Source of the DNA: an uncultured Bacilli bacterium
Lineage (GTDB): Bacteria > Bacillota_I > Bacilli_A > RFN20 > CAG-449
DNA length: 64,000 nucleotides
Direction of reading: 5' to 3'
NCBI GenBank assembly: GCA_947595215.1
Contig: CANQEO010000005.1
Coordinates: 10,776-74,775, forward strand
Below the pieces are notes generated by a model, which searched no databases, was not told where the DNA came from, and was given only the letters and a program-made list of their open reading frames with translations. Of this stretch, positions 37,861 through 47,445 are shown piece by piece (position 1 is the stretch's first letter; each line of letters begins with the position of its first letter). Position numbers and translations under genes: made by a program.

Positions 37861-38616
37861 CATATAATCTTTGAAATATTTATCGAATTCATCTAGGCTT
37901 ACACCTTCCATATTACCTAGGTAAGTGATTGAAACTCTTCCATTTTCTTCACTCACAACTACAGTTACTGAATCACTCACTTCACTAATTCCCATCGCAG
38001 CACGATGGCGAGAACCATATTTTCCGCTTAGAGCTCTTGTAGTTGGTGTATAGAAAACACTAGCTGATAAAATTTTGTTATCTTTAATAATTACCGCACC
38101 ATCGTGTAATCTTGTACCAGGATAGAAAATAGTAACTAATAACTCTTGTGTGACTGGAGCATTAATCACAGTACCAGATCTACTAAATTCAGCAAGCGAA
38201 TCTGTCTTTTCAAATGTCATGATAGCTCCGATTTTATTGACCGCCAAATTATAAACGGTATCATTGATAATTTTATAAAATTTTTCTTTATCAAAATCAG
38301 AAACTTCATCTTTATTTGAACGATGTTTTTTGTTTGCTGTATTGATAATCAAATGTCTTATTTCAGAAATATTAGTAAAAAAGAAGATAACTGAGAAAGA
38401 AATAAGGACCATCAAAATCAATAATTTAAAACTTGTAAATCCAAAAAGCGATGCCACTAAATACATTGCGAAAAATACACAATAGAAGATAGCAATCGTC
38501 TTTCTTCTTAAGTAATGAAGAAAAAATACAATCATAAGAATAGCAAGAACAGTGCTTAAAATAATGTCGGTTAAGAAAAATGGTTCCTTTAATTTATCCA
38601 TTACTTCATTGAACAT
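37852..38616 (-). CDS. cdaA: Diadenylate cyclase CdaA (three TM helices plus a DAC domain).
   Basis: DAC motifs 'DGAVII', 'GSRHRAAMGISE' and 'VVVSEENGRVS'. The start is set at 'MFNEVMDKL' (GGAGG RBS, 6-nt spacer). The 47 codons further upstream in the ORF track look like translated UTR. Confidence 0.85.
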   Translation of the reverse strand: MFNEVMDKLKEPFFLTDIILSTVLAILMIVFFLHYLRRKTIAIFYCVFFAMYLVASLFGFTSFKLLILMVLISFSVIFFFTNISEIRHLIINTANKKHRSNKDEVSDFDKEKFYKIINDTVYNLAVNKIGAIMTFEKTDSLAEFSRSGTVINAPVTQELLVTIFYPGTRLHDGAVIIKDNKILSASVFYTPTTRALSGKYGSRHRAAMGISEVSDSVTVVVSEENGRVSITYLGNMEGVSLDEFDKYFKDYMSR

Positions 38617-39097
38617 AACAAACCTCCGTTCTTTGCCATCTTTTCGTGCATTATTATCATAGCAAAAAAAAGAAAAAAAAGAAAGATGCAAAGTATATAA
38701 TTTGGGACTATTTTTTTCTTTTCCGTATAGTAACAACTTTAAACAAAAATTCAGCATTTATCATTATCTTACTTATTAGATAATTTTTATATAAAACTAT
38801 GGTGGAATTTCAATACATTTCAACAATTGATTATGGTATTTAAAGTGTCAGGGTTGCCATTTTTGGCAAGAAAATAAAATTATTAACGTTGAAAATGTAG
38901 ATATGATCCGTACATATTATTCCATTAAGGCAACTTGGTTCGAGTAAGATACGAATGTTTTTTGTCCATATCAAATAAGAATTTTTCGTAACATAAAATG
39001 CGAAAACATATAAATATATTTTCAAAATATTTATCAAAAATTATATCGTAAAAACATTCTATCACTTAAAAATTAGAAAACTTACTAATATTAAAAT

Positions 39098-39484
39098 TTA
39101 GTCTTTATCAAGAATATGAATGTTTCCGATAATCGGAAGCGTTTTTGTTTTTTCATAACATACATTAATAATACCGATAATCATTAAAACAAATAATCCT
39201 AATGATAATAAAATATTAATTACTACTGGAATCCACACTAGGAAAGGAATCCATAAAAATATGAGCGCTAATACTTTTCTAACAATCCAGAAGCAGATGT
39301 GAGCACCAAGCATAATAAAACCTTGGTTTGAATGAAAACGACTGAATTTAGAATCTTTATTAACAAGTATTGGTAAAAAGAACAATATACCGAGATATGC
39401 TAAAGCGCATAAAACTTTTTCTGTTGTAGTAATTTTTTGAAGAGCATCTTCAGCTTCAACTACTTCTTTTTCTTCATTTTCCAT
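39098..39484 (-). CDS. DUF4870 family membrane protein.
   Basis: 'LCALAYLGILFFLPILV…SRFHSNQG' signature. Confidence 0.65.
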   Translation of the reverse strand: MENEEKEVVEAEDALQKITTTEKVLCALAYLGILFFLPILVNKDSKFSRFHSNQGFIMLGAHICFWIVRKVLALIFLWIPFLVWIPVVINILLSLGLFVLMIIGIINVCYEKTKTLPIIGNIHILDKD

Positions 39485-39563
39485 TATTTAATACCTCTTT
39501 TATTCAGTATAAGACAAATTTTTGTATTTTAAAACTTTTTTTGATATACTAAACTTGAGAAAT

Positions 39564-40688
39564 ATGAAACGCAATACAAAGATAAAACTACTTAAAATAT
39601 TCTTCTTATATGCAATAATCCTCGGATTGTTAAGTACAACTATGGCTATTTTATGTATTAATGGTTCTAGAAAGATCTTTAGTGATATCGAAAAAATCGT
39701 TCCAGTTAATCATCGTGAATTAGAAAGAATCAAAGATGGTGATGAACTAGCACTTTATAATGACGAAAGTGATAAACCTTTTAAAATACTTCAATTATCT
39801 GACATTCACTTATCTTGTAGTTATATTGCTTATAAAAACGATTTAAAAGCAATTCAAGCAGTCGAGAAAATTGTTAGAACAACAGAACCAGATCTTATAG
39901 TTTTAACTGGTGATATTCTTTATCCATTATTTTGGACTTTAAATACTAATAATTATTTAATCGCCGAAGCTATCTCTCTTTTGATGCAAAAATTAGGGAT
40001 ACCCTGGTCCATTATTTTCGGCAATCACGATAGCGAATCTTATGCAACTCTTACTCGTGAAGAATTAAGTTTATATTTTCAAAAAAACGAACTTTGTCTT
40101 TTCGATGTCGGACCTTCTGATGTATATGGATATGGAAATTATATAGTAAAACTTTATAATCACGATAGAAGTTTAAATCGTTTGTTAGTAATGATGGATT
40201 CTAATTCTTATGTTCCTAATTCCATTCTTAATGATTATGATAATATCCATCAAGATCAAATTGACTGGTATCAAAATAAACTTGAAAAAATTATAAAAAA
40301 AGAACAAAAATTAATTCCATCAACACTTTATATTCATATTCCTTTTGGCGAATATCTAACCGCATGGAATTTATATCAACATGAATCACCTGAAATTCTC
40401 TATATTGATGGCGAAGCAAATGAAGGATTTTCGGGTCCAAAGCGCGAGGACTTAATGTTTGAGACAATAAAAAAGGTCGGATCCACAGATTCAGTTTTTT
40501 GTGGACACGACCACGAAAATACTTATGCAATAAAATATCAAGATGTCATTTTATCTTATGGTTTATCAATCGATTATTTGGCATATCCTTTAATTTATAA
40601 CAAAACTACACAGCGTGGAGGAACTTTATTGTCAATTAATCAAGATGGCACTTTTTCATTTGATCGTAAATTATTGATTAATATTTGA
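39564..40688 (+). CDS. Membrane-anchored metallophosphoesterase (calcineurin-like).
   Basis: 'LQLSDIHL', 'LTGD', 'GNHD' and 'GHDH' motifs. The start is at 'MKRNTKIKLL'. Confidence 0.8.
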   Translation: MKRNTKIKLLKIFFLYAIILGLLSTTMAILCINGSRKIFSDIEKIVPVNHRELERIKDGDELALYNDESDKPFKILQLSDIHLSCSYIAYKNDLKAIQAVEKIVRTTEPDLIVLTGDILYPLFWTLNTNNYLIAEAISLLMQKLGIPWSIIFGNHDSESYATLTREELSLYFQKNELCLFDVGPSDVYGYGNYIVKLYNHDRSLNRLLVMMDSNSYVPNSILNDYDNIHQDQIDWYQNKLEKIIKKEQKLIPSTLYIHIPFGEYLTAWNLYQHESPEILYIDGEANEGFSGPKREDLMFETIKKVGSTDSVFCGHDHENTYAIKYQDVILSYGLSIDYLAYPLIYNKTTQRGGTLLSINQDGTFSFDRKLLINI

Positions 40689-41849
40689 TTATCTAGAAAA
40701 CATTATCTTCTCGTTTCCAAACATTTTAGTCAACATGAAGATACCTAAAATAGTATAAACGACATTGGCGATAACAGTCACAATTAGATTTGTGACATTG
40801 ATATCAAATGAAAATATAGAATATAGCGTTTGATTTACATTAAAGAATGGTATCAAATAAAGAACCACATTATTTGCTGCACTTTGTGTAATCATCGTTG
40901 AAAGAGAAAGTAACACCATCAAAATCATAAATGGACTAATATAATTAGTAGCTTCTTTTACACTTTTTGCAAAAGAAGAAACTATGGCCATCAGCGTGAT
41001 TGCCATTAATGTCAGAGATATTATAACTAAGAATATTAAAAAATATTCTTTAAATCCATAGATAGATGCATCAATATTTCTGGCGATTAGTTTTGGAAAA
41101 GATAACATAACTCCAATGAACGACACAAGGCCAGAAATAAGTGCAAGGCTACTTATCGATACTATTTTACCTATTGCTAGCTCTCTTCTTTTTAAAGGAG
41201 TGACAAGTAATGTAGCAATGGTTCCTCTTTCTTTTTCTCCAGCGATCGATTCTGGAGCAATCCCGATGCAACCAGAGAGAATTAACATCAACATCAACAT
41301 TGGAAGTAAGTTCGATATAATACTGGCAGATAAATCTTTTTCATCCGCCAAATCGTAGTTTTGTCCCGCATTAATATCAAATATATTGGTAATTTTACTT
41401 TCGATCTTATTTAATATTTCTAATCCTATTTGATAGAAAGTTGAAGATTCCGTTTTCGTTGAATTATAGAATATCTCTACATTCATAACGCTTTGATTAT
41501 TTTGATACTTCAGGCTTTCATCAAATTGCTTTGGAAAAACTATAATAATATCTTTTTCTCGATTTTTTATCTCTTCTTTATGCTCTTCAATGTGACTTTC
41601 GTCAATTTCTTCAAAATTAATCTTAATTTTTTCAAGTTCTAATGTGGATTTGAAAAGGTTTGATTGATTTACCACATATCCAGTGTAAACATAATTATTT
41701 TCAACAGTGACCATTGAATTTATAATATCTCCCATAAAACTGTAGACAACATAAATTAAAATACCAGGTAAAAATAACGCAACCAACATACGACGATCTT
41801 TAAAAAATCGCGCAAATTCTTTTTTAATAATAATCCAGATATTTCTCAT
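40689..41849 (-). CDS. ABC-2 type transporter permease.
   Basis: 386 aa with an N-terminal TM helix, a large extracytoplasmic loop and 5 C-terminal TM helices. Start/stop coupled with the ATPase gene. Confidence 0.75.
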   Translation of the reverse strand: MRNIWIIIKKEFARFFKDRRMLVALFLPGILIYVVYSFMGDIINSMVTVENNYVYTGYVVNQSNLFKSTLELEKIKINFEEIDESHIEEHKEEIKNREKDIIIVFPKQFDESLKYQNNQSVMNVEIFYNSTKTESSTFYQIGLEILNKIESKITNIFDINAGQNYDLADEKDLSASIISNLLPMLMLMLILSGCIGIAPESIAGEKERGTIATLLVTPLKRRELAIGKIVSISSLALISGLVSFIGVMLSFPKLIARNIDASIYGFKEYFLIFLVIISLTLMAITLMAIVSSFAKSVKEATNYISPFMILMVLLSLSTMITQSAANNVVLYLIPFFNVNQTLYSIFSFDINVTNLIVTVIANVVYTILGIFMLTKMFGNEKIMFSR

Positions 41850-42634
41850 TATTCTTCACCGACCTCTTTTTTATAAATATCAAAAAACACATCTTCTAGA
41901 TTCTTTTCTTTTGTCAACTCGTTCAATTTCTCAGATACGATCATTCTTCCGTTAATTATAATTCCAACTCGATCACATATTTTTTCGACTAATGAAAAAA
42001 TATGTGTTGAAATAATGATCGTTTTTCCGCTATTTCTAAGTTCTTGTAGAAAATCAGTAACCACCTTTGCTGTTAGTACATCTAATCCATTAGTTGGTTC
42101 ATCAAAAATGATAATATCCGGATCATGAACTAACGAAATGACCAAAGAAACCTTTTGCTTCATTCCGGTTGAAAGGTTAGCTACCTTTACTTCACAAAAA
42201 CTATCGATGCCAAACTTTTCAAAAAGTCTCTTTTTACGTTCATTAGCGATATCAAAAGGAACATCATGCAAATTTGAAAAGAAATCAAATAGATAATTAG
42301 GAGTAAAAAAATCTTCTAGCTTTAATTCACTCGTTAAAAATCCGATTTTTCTTCTAACTTCTTCAGGATTTTTAGAAACGTCTATTCCATCAATTTCAAT
42401 ATGGCCTTCATCTGCTTTAATAAGCGTTGATAAAATTCTTAATGCCGTAGTTTTACCAGCACCATTTGGGCCTAAAAGACCATAAATCTCTCCTTTATAA
42501 GTTGCAAACGAAAGTCCGTTTAATGCCACTTTAATTTTTTGATTAGTTTTTTCAATCTTTTGTTGTTTACGAGATAATTTAAATGTTTTTTTAACATTTT
42601 GCACTTCCAAAATTTTTTCCATAGTCAACCTCAT
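41849..42634 (-). CDS. ABC transporter ATP-binding protein.
   Basis: Walker A 'GPNGAGKTT', signature 'LSTGMKQK' and Walker B 'IIFDEPTNGLD'. Confidence 0.9.
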   Translation of the reverse strand: MRLTMEKILEVQNVKKTFKLSRKQQKIEKTNQKIKVALNGLSFATYKGEIYGLLGPNGAGKTTALRILSTLIKADEGHIEIDGIDVSKNPEEVRRKIGFLTSELKLEDFFTPNYLFDFFSNLHDVPFDIANERKKRLFEKFGIDSFCEVKVANLSTGMKQKVSLVISLVHDPDIIIFDEPTNGLDVLTAKVVTDFLQELRNSGKTIIISTHIFSLVEKICDRVGIIINGRMIVSEKLNELTKEKNLEDVFFDIYKKEVGEE

Positions 42635-42635
42635 A

Positions 42636-43040
42636 TCACTTCATACTTTCACGTTTTCTAGTTTTAAAATCATTCAATTTCAATAAAGTTATAGTCATAA
42701 AATAGAGCAAACTTGATAAATTTATTATTATCGCAAGGCGATACCAATCAAAAAACCATGCATTTAAAAAGAAAACCATAAAAGTGAATCCACCAACATA
42801 TGAAAAATAATGTAATAATAAAGCTATCCACCATCTTATATACTTAGTTTGATAAGCGACATAAAAAGCAAATGTGAAAAAACCAAAAAGCGCAAAACAT
42901 ATAATAAAATTGCGATATTCTTCAATGGTAAATTCGCGCGAAATGCTAATAGAAATATGTGGTAAAATTTCTAATGTAATAATGCATAAGAAAAGATAAA
43001 ACGCTACTCCTACACAACCACTTTCTATGATTTTTTTCAT
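42636..43040 (-). CDS. Small polytopic membrane protein co-transcribed with the ABC transporter.
   Basis: 134 aa with four hydrophobic segments. There is a 1-nt gap to the ATPase gene. Confidence 0.5.
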   Translation of the reverse strand: MKKIIESGCVGVAFYLFLCIITLEILPHISISISREFTIEEYRNFIICFALFGFFTFAFYVAYQTKYIRWWIALLLHYFSYVGGFTFMVFFLNAWFFDWYRLAIIINLSSLLYFMTITLLKLNDFKTRKRESMK

Positions 43041-43145
43041 TTAATCACCAATATCTATAATATCAAATTATCTCGTATAATTCATTTACTATTGCAACAA
43101 ACAAAATAAACTTAACTTAAATGTTTATATTTTTTATTTTTTTGG

Positions 43146-43174
43146 TTGACAGGACAATTTCGAAAGAATAAAAT
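43146..43174 (+). promoter_or_regulatory. Sigma-70-like promoter of the feo operon.
   Basis: TTGACA – 17 nt – TAAAAT. Confidence 0.5.
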
Positions 43175-43179
43175 GATTA

Positions 43180-43246
43180 TGGTTAGGCAAGACTAACCAA
43201 CCGTTATTACGGTTTTATTTTTATGAGTAAGTTAGTGTGAACTAAC
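43180..43246 (+). promoter_or_regulatory. Two operator-like palindromes of the same GTTAG-N6-CTAAC architecture, lying between the feo promoter and the RBS.
   Basis: IR1 tGGTTAGgcaagaCTAACCa (43180-43199) and IR2 GTTAGtgtgaaCTAAC (43231-43246). The arms resemble the half-sites of the DtxR/IdeR box (TTAGGTTAG…CTAACCTAA) but the spacing differs. Confidence 0.4.
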
Positions 43247-43263
43247 ATTGGAGGTTGATATTT

Positions 43264-43476
43264 ATGCCAATAGTAATTGCACCGCAACATCAAGATTTAA
43301 CGATAATTAAGATAGCCACTGATGAAAAGACAAAACGTCACTTAGAAAATCTTGGCATTACCATTAATGGTAGAATTCAAGTTTTATCTGTTAGTGGTGG
43401 AAGCATTGTTCTATTAGTTAAAAACGTGCGTTTAGCATTAGATAGCAATATCGCCACCAAAATTTTTGTCGCTTAA
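43264..43476 (+). CDS. feoA: FeoA family protein.
   Basis: SH3-like FeoA pattern; the ATG is preceded by GGAGG (9-nt spacer). Confidence 0.8.
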   Translation: MPIVIAPQHQDLTIIKIATDEKTKRHLENLGITINGRIQVLSVSGGSIVLLVKNVRLALDSNIATKIFVA

Positions 43477-43492
43477 TAGAAAGGATATATAT

Positions 43493-43735
43493 ATGTTAAT
43501 TAAATTGGATGCTCTTCCGATTGGAAGACAAGCGATTATAGTTAAAGTCGAAGGAGAGGGTCGTGTTAGAAGAAGACTATTCGATATGGGCGTCACACCT
43601 GGTGCTGAAGTCTTTCTTCGCAAAAAAGCTCCGCTTGGAGATCCGCTTGAAATCACTCTTCGCGGCTACGAACTATCACTTCGTAAGGATGAAGCAAGTC
43701 TTGTGACTATTAAAGTCAAGGAGGAAAACAAATGA
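43493..43735 (+). CDS. feoA: FeoA family protein (second copy).
   Basis: 'IVKVEGEGRVRRRLFDMGVTPGAEV' FeoA core; start at 'MLIKLD'. Confidence 0.8.
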   Translation: MLIKLDALPIGRQAIIVKVEGEGRVRRRLFDMGVTPGAEVFLRKKAPLGDPLEITLRGYELSLRKDEASLVTIKVKEENK

Positions 43736-46044
43736 AAAAATTTGCTTTAGCAGGCAACCCAAACTGTGGTAAAACCACTTTGTTTAACACTTTAACTGGT
43801 TCTACTGCCCATGTTGGTAACTGGCCTGGTGTTACTGTCGATAAAAAAGAAGGTGTCTACAAAAAGTTAGATGAGCCTATTTCAATTGTTGATCTTCCTG
43901 GTATTTATTCACTTTCCCCTTATACTCCAGAAGAAGTAATATCGAGAAATTTCATCTTAGACGAAAAACCAGATTGTGTCATTAACATTGTAGATGCCAC
44001 AAATTTAGAAAGAAATCTATATCTAACAACTCAATTATTAGAAATAGGAGTGCCTGTTATAGTCGCTCTTAATATGATTGATTCAGTCACCAAAAACGGT
44101 GATAAGATTAACGCTAAAGAGTTAGAAAAGAAAATCGGTGTTCCCGTCGTGGAAATATCAGCTCTTCATAACACCAACATTCATGAATTGATGAAACGTG
44201 CGTATGAAATCAGTAAATTGCCACGTGAAGCTGTAACTATCTTAAAAAATAGCTCTTTAGCTCATTTAATTGGCGATGTAAAAATCGCTCTTGAAGGTAA
44301 AGGTATTGAAAATCCTCTTTTCCATGCAGTAAAACTCGTTGAACAAGATGAATTAGAGGTTAAAGAACATTCTGATACCCTAAAAATGGTTGAGGCATTC
44401 AAAGCGACCTTTTCAGATGATACATTCGGAGATGATTTCGAGGCTTTAGTTGCTAATGAAAGATATAACTATATCTCCAAAAATTTCTCACCAGTAGTAA
44501 CCAAGAAAAACAAAGAACAAAAATTATCTTCATCCGATAAAGCAGATAAAATTTTAACCCATAGAATTTGGGGTATTCCTATTTTCTTAATAATTCTATT
44601 TGCGATATTTCATCTTACATTCTCCGAAAACTTATTTTTCTTAAGTGGCATTTTACCAGAAGATTTTTTGACGCTTGCTGACACTCCATTTGAAGGAGTA
44701 TTCGGTGATGGATCAATCTTCTCACCTGGTGTCATTTTAACGAATTTATTAAGTTTACTATTAGATACCATTTCTGGTTGGGTTGGGAATTTGTTAAGCG
44801 GCTCTGCTCTATGGGTTAACGCCTTTATAGTCGATGGAGTATTAGCCGGTTTATTCGCCGTTCTTGGATTCTTACCACAAATTCTTCTTTTATTCCTCTT
44901 TTTCTCCATTCTTGAGGATAGCGGATATATGGCTAGAGTCGCTTTCATTCTCGATCGTATCTTTAGAAAATTCGGTTTGTCTGGTCGCGCATTCATGCCG
45001 ATGATCATGGGTTTTGGTTGCTCGTTACCAGCCATGATCAACACTCGTACTCTCGCCGAAGAAAAAGAACGTATTTCCACAATTAGAGTTATTCCATTCT
45101 TCTGCTGTGGTGCTAAGCTTCCGATTCTTACTGCTGTAGCAGGTGGCTTAGTTCAATATTTTGAAGTCGGTAATGCCGATGTCATAACTTACAGTATGTA
45201 TTTAATCGGTATCATTACCGCAATTGTTTGTATCATCTTAATGAGAAATACCACATTACGTGGAAAAGTTCCTCCATTTATTATGGAATTACCAAGTTAT
45301 CATTTCCCAAGATTTGGAAGTTTGATGATTCACTTATGGGACAAGTTAAAACACTTTGTTAAAAAAGCTTTTACAATAATTCTTGTTTCTACCATTGTGA
45401 TTTGGTTCTTATCATCCTTTTCATGGGATTGGCGTTTCTTACTTGAAGATGCTCAAGAATTATTCAAAACGGATCCGATTAAATACGCTTCTCTTGAAGA
45501 AGTTGAAGGCCTTGTAAATCTCCACATGAATGAAAGTATTATCGCTTCTATCGGTATGCTCATTCAACCACTATTTACTCCATTAGGCTTTGGCTCTCAA
45601 TTGCAAGCATTTGGTTGGGTATTCGCAGTCGCTGCTTTAACTGGTTTGATTGCGAAAGAAAACGTCATCTCCACATTTGGTGTTCTTGCCGTTTGCGTTG
45701 CAGGCACTTATATTGCGACTGAAGATGGTGTTGAAGAAGTAGTCGCCATGATTAATGCAACAGGAATTACGATTCCGGCGTTAATAGCCTTCTTAACATT
45801 TAACTTGACGACAATTCCTTGTTTTGCTGCGGTAGCAACTGCCAAAGCAGAACTTCCAAAAGGAAAATTCGGTTCCACGATAGCGTTCTGGTTAGTAACT
45901 TCATTCGTTGCTGGAACCATGATTTATGTAGTCGGTTCCTGGTGGTGGACAATATTTATCTTCCTGGCAGTAATTGCTGTAATTATCGCTCTTATCGTTC
46001 TTTATAACAAAGTTAAAGATAATCAAAGAATCGAGACAAAATAA
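43732..46044 (+). CDS. feoB: Ferrous iron transporter FeoB.
   Basis: G-domain 'GNPNCGKTTLFN…DLPGIYS' plus a polytopic membrane domain; 770 aa. Confidence 0.95.
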   Translation: MKKFALAGNPNCGKTTLFNTLTGSTAHVGNWPGVTVDKKEGVYKKLDEPISIVDLPGIYSLSPYTPEEVISRNFILDEKPDCVINIVDATNLERNLYLTTQLLEIGVPVIVALNMIDSVTKNGDKINAKELEKKIGVPVVEISALHNTNIHELMKRAYEISKLPREAVTILKNSSLAHLIGDVKIALEGKGIENPLFHAVKLVEQDELEVKEHSDTLKMVEAFKATFSDDTFGDDFEALVANERYNYISKNFSPVVTKKNKEQKLSSSDKADKILTHRIWGIPIFLIILFAIFHLTFSENLFFLSGILPEDFLTLADTPFEGVFGDGSIFSPGVILTNLLSLLLDTISGWVGNLLSGSALWVNAFIVDGVLAGLFAVLGFLPQILLLFLFFSILEDSGYMARVAFILDRIFRKFGLSGRAFMPMIMGFGCSLPAMINTRTLAEEKERISTIRVIPFFCCGAKLPILTAVAGGLVQYFEVGNADVITYSMYLIGIITAIVCIILMRNTTLRGKVPPFIMELPSYHFPRFGSLMIHLWDKLKHFVKKAFTIILVSTIVIWFLSSFSWDWRFLLEDAQELFKTDPIKYASLEEVEGLVNLHMNESIIASIGMLIQPLFTPLGFGSQLQAFGWVFAVAALTGLIAKENVISTFGVLAVCVAGTYIATEDGVEEVVAMINATGITIPALIAFLTFNLTTIPCFAAVATAKAELPKGKFGSTIAFWLVTSFVAGTMIYVVGSWWWTIFIFLAVIAVIIALIVLYNKVKDNQRIETK

Positions 46045-46046
46045 TT

Positions 46047-46229
46047 ATGAGTCCGATTGAAATTATCGTAATTGTTATTACATCACTTATAGTAATTGGT
46101 GTGATTGGCAATTATGTTTATCGTAAAATTAAACATCTTCCAACTGGAGAATGTGCTTGTTGTAAGAACAAATACAATTCAATTTTAAGAAAATATCATA
46201 AAAAATATCCATCTTCAGAAAATAAGTAA
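46047..46229 (+). CDS. FeoB-associated Cys-rich small membrane protein.
   Basis: One TM helix followed by 'TGECACCKNK'; immediately follows feoB. Confidence 0.7.
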   Translation: MSPIEIIVIVITSLIVIGVIGNYVYRKIKHLPTGECACCKNKYNSILRKYHKKYPSSENK

Positions 46230-46233
46230 ATTT

Positions 46234-46262
46234 AAACCTCCAAGTTACATTGGAGGTTTTTT
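46234..46262 (+). terminator. Rho-independent terminator of the feo operon.
   Basis: aaacctcca-N8-tggaggttt followed by T6. Confidence 0.75.
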
Positions 46263-46324
46263 ATAAAAATTAATTCTTTCAAAAAACAGATTATTAGTCT
46301 ACAATTATATAGAGGTTATCAATT

Positions 46325-46693
46325 ATGAAAACTAACGAATCATTAGAAATGTATCTTGAAACGATATTAGTGCTAGAAAAACAAGGTGTTGTTCGTTCTA
46401 TTGATATCGCAAATGAATTAGGATTTTCAAAGCCAAGCGTCAGTATCGCCGTAAAAAAAATGGTTGAAGAAGGATATATTCTTTTCAATGAATCATCTAA
46501 ATTGATTACTCTAACACCATGCGGACTTCAAATCGCTAAAAGTATTTATGAGAGACATTTAATTCTTTCTGAATTTTTTGAAAGTATCGGAGTTGATAAA
46601 GAAATCGCGCGAAACGATGCTTGTCGCATCGAACACGTGATTAGTAATGAATGTTTCTTAAAAATCAAAGAACTTGTCGAGAAGAATAAATAA
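46325..46693 (+). CDS. DtxR/MntR family metal-dependent transcriptional regulator (no SH3-like C-terminal domain).
   Basis: 'LEMYLETILVLEKQGV VRSIDIANELGFSKPSVSIAVKKM' wHTH and metal-binding helix region; 122 aa. Confidence 0.85.
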   Translation: MKTNESLEMYLETILVLEKQGVVRSIDIANELGFSKPSVSIAVKKMVEEGYILFNESSKLITLTPCGLQIAKSIYERHLILSEFFESIGVDKEIARNDACRIEHVISNECFLKIKELVEKNK

Positions 46694-46694
46694 T

Positions 46695-47393
46695 TTATAA
46701 CAAAATATAAAAAAAGATACATACAAAATGAAGCATAGAACCTAAAAGAACAAAAAGATGCCAAATACTATGCATCCATTTTTTCTTTTTGCCTACTCCA
46801 TAAATAATCGCCCCAATAGTATAAGCAATACCTCCCGCAATCAACCACCAAAAGGCACCCCAACCGACCGCATCAATAAGTGGTGAAACTGCAAATATCA
46901 CACACCACCCCATTGCAAGATACAATACCATGCTAATGATTTTTACGGCTTTCCAATACATATTTATAGCATTAAAAGTAATACCTAATATAGCCGAACC
47001 CCAAACTATTGATAGCAAAATATATCCGATATAATTATCATGCATTGCAATTAAACATATCGGAGTATATGTTCCAGCTATAAGGAGATAAATAGTGCAA
47101 TGATCAAAGATTCTAAATACTCTTTTAGCCTTAAGCGGTCTTAAAAAATGATATAAAGAAGACATAGTATAAAGAATAATCATGCTTACGCCATATAGGA
47201 TCATACTTATGATACTTAAAGCATTTCCTTTAAGAGATGCAAAAACTATTCCTAATACTAAAACAACTATACCAAATCCACCACCTACAATATGTGTTAC
47301 CGCGTTAAAAATTTCTTCACCGCGAGTATAATTTGGTAAAGCCTTTTTATTTTGTTTTTTAGTTTCTAAAACGCTGTTTTCGTTTTCAATCAT
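46695..47393 (-). CDS. Hemolysin III / PAQR family membrane protein.
   Basis: Seven TM helices and conserved His-containing motifs ('NAVTHIVG', 'HFL', 'HSIWHLFV'). Confidence 0.8.
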   Translation of the reverse strand: MIENENSVLETKKQNKKALPNYTRGEEIFNAVTHIVGGGFGIVVLVLGIVFASLKGNALSIISMILYGVSMIILYTMSSLYHFLRPLKAKRVFRIFDHCTIYLLIAGTYTPICLIAMHDNYIGYILLSIVWGSAILGITFNAINMYWKAVKIISMVLYLAMGWCVIFAVSPLIDAVGWGAFWWLIAGGIAYTIGAIIYGVGKKKKWMHSIWHLFVLLGSMLHFVCIFFYILL

Positions 47394-47445
47394 AATAAAA
47401 GAGTTCCTAAAAGAAACTCTATCACTAACAAAACCTAAAGTAAAT

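Noticed and set aside
38617-38757. A 47-codon N-terminal extension of cdaA in the ORF track (start at 38757).
   Set aside because: The extension translates poly-A/T UTR-like sequence (…FFSFFCYDNNARKDGKERRF…). A GGAGG RBS precedes the internal 'MFNEVMDKL' start, which gives a canonical three-TM CdaA.
38840-39037. A 65-aa ORF in the cdaA upstream region.
   Set aside because: It has no RBS, an implausible composition, and lies in a hairpin-containing leader.
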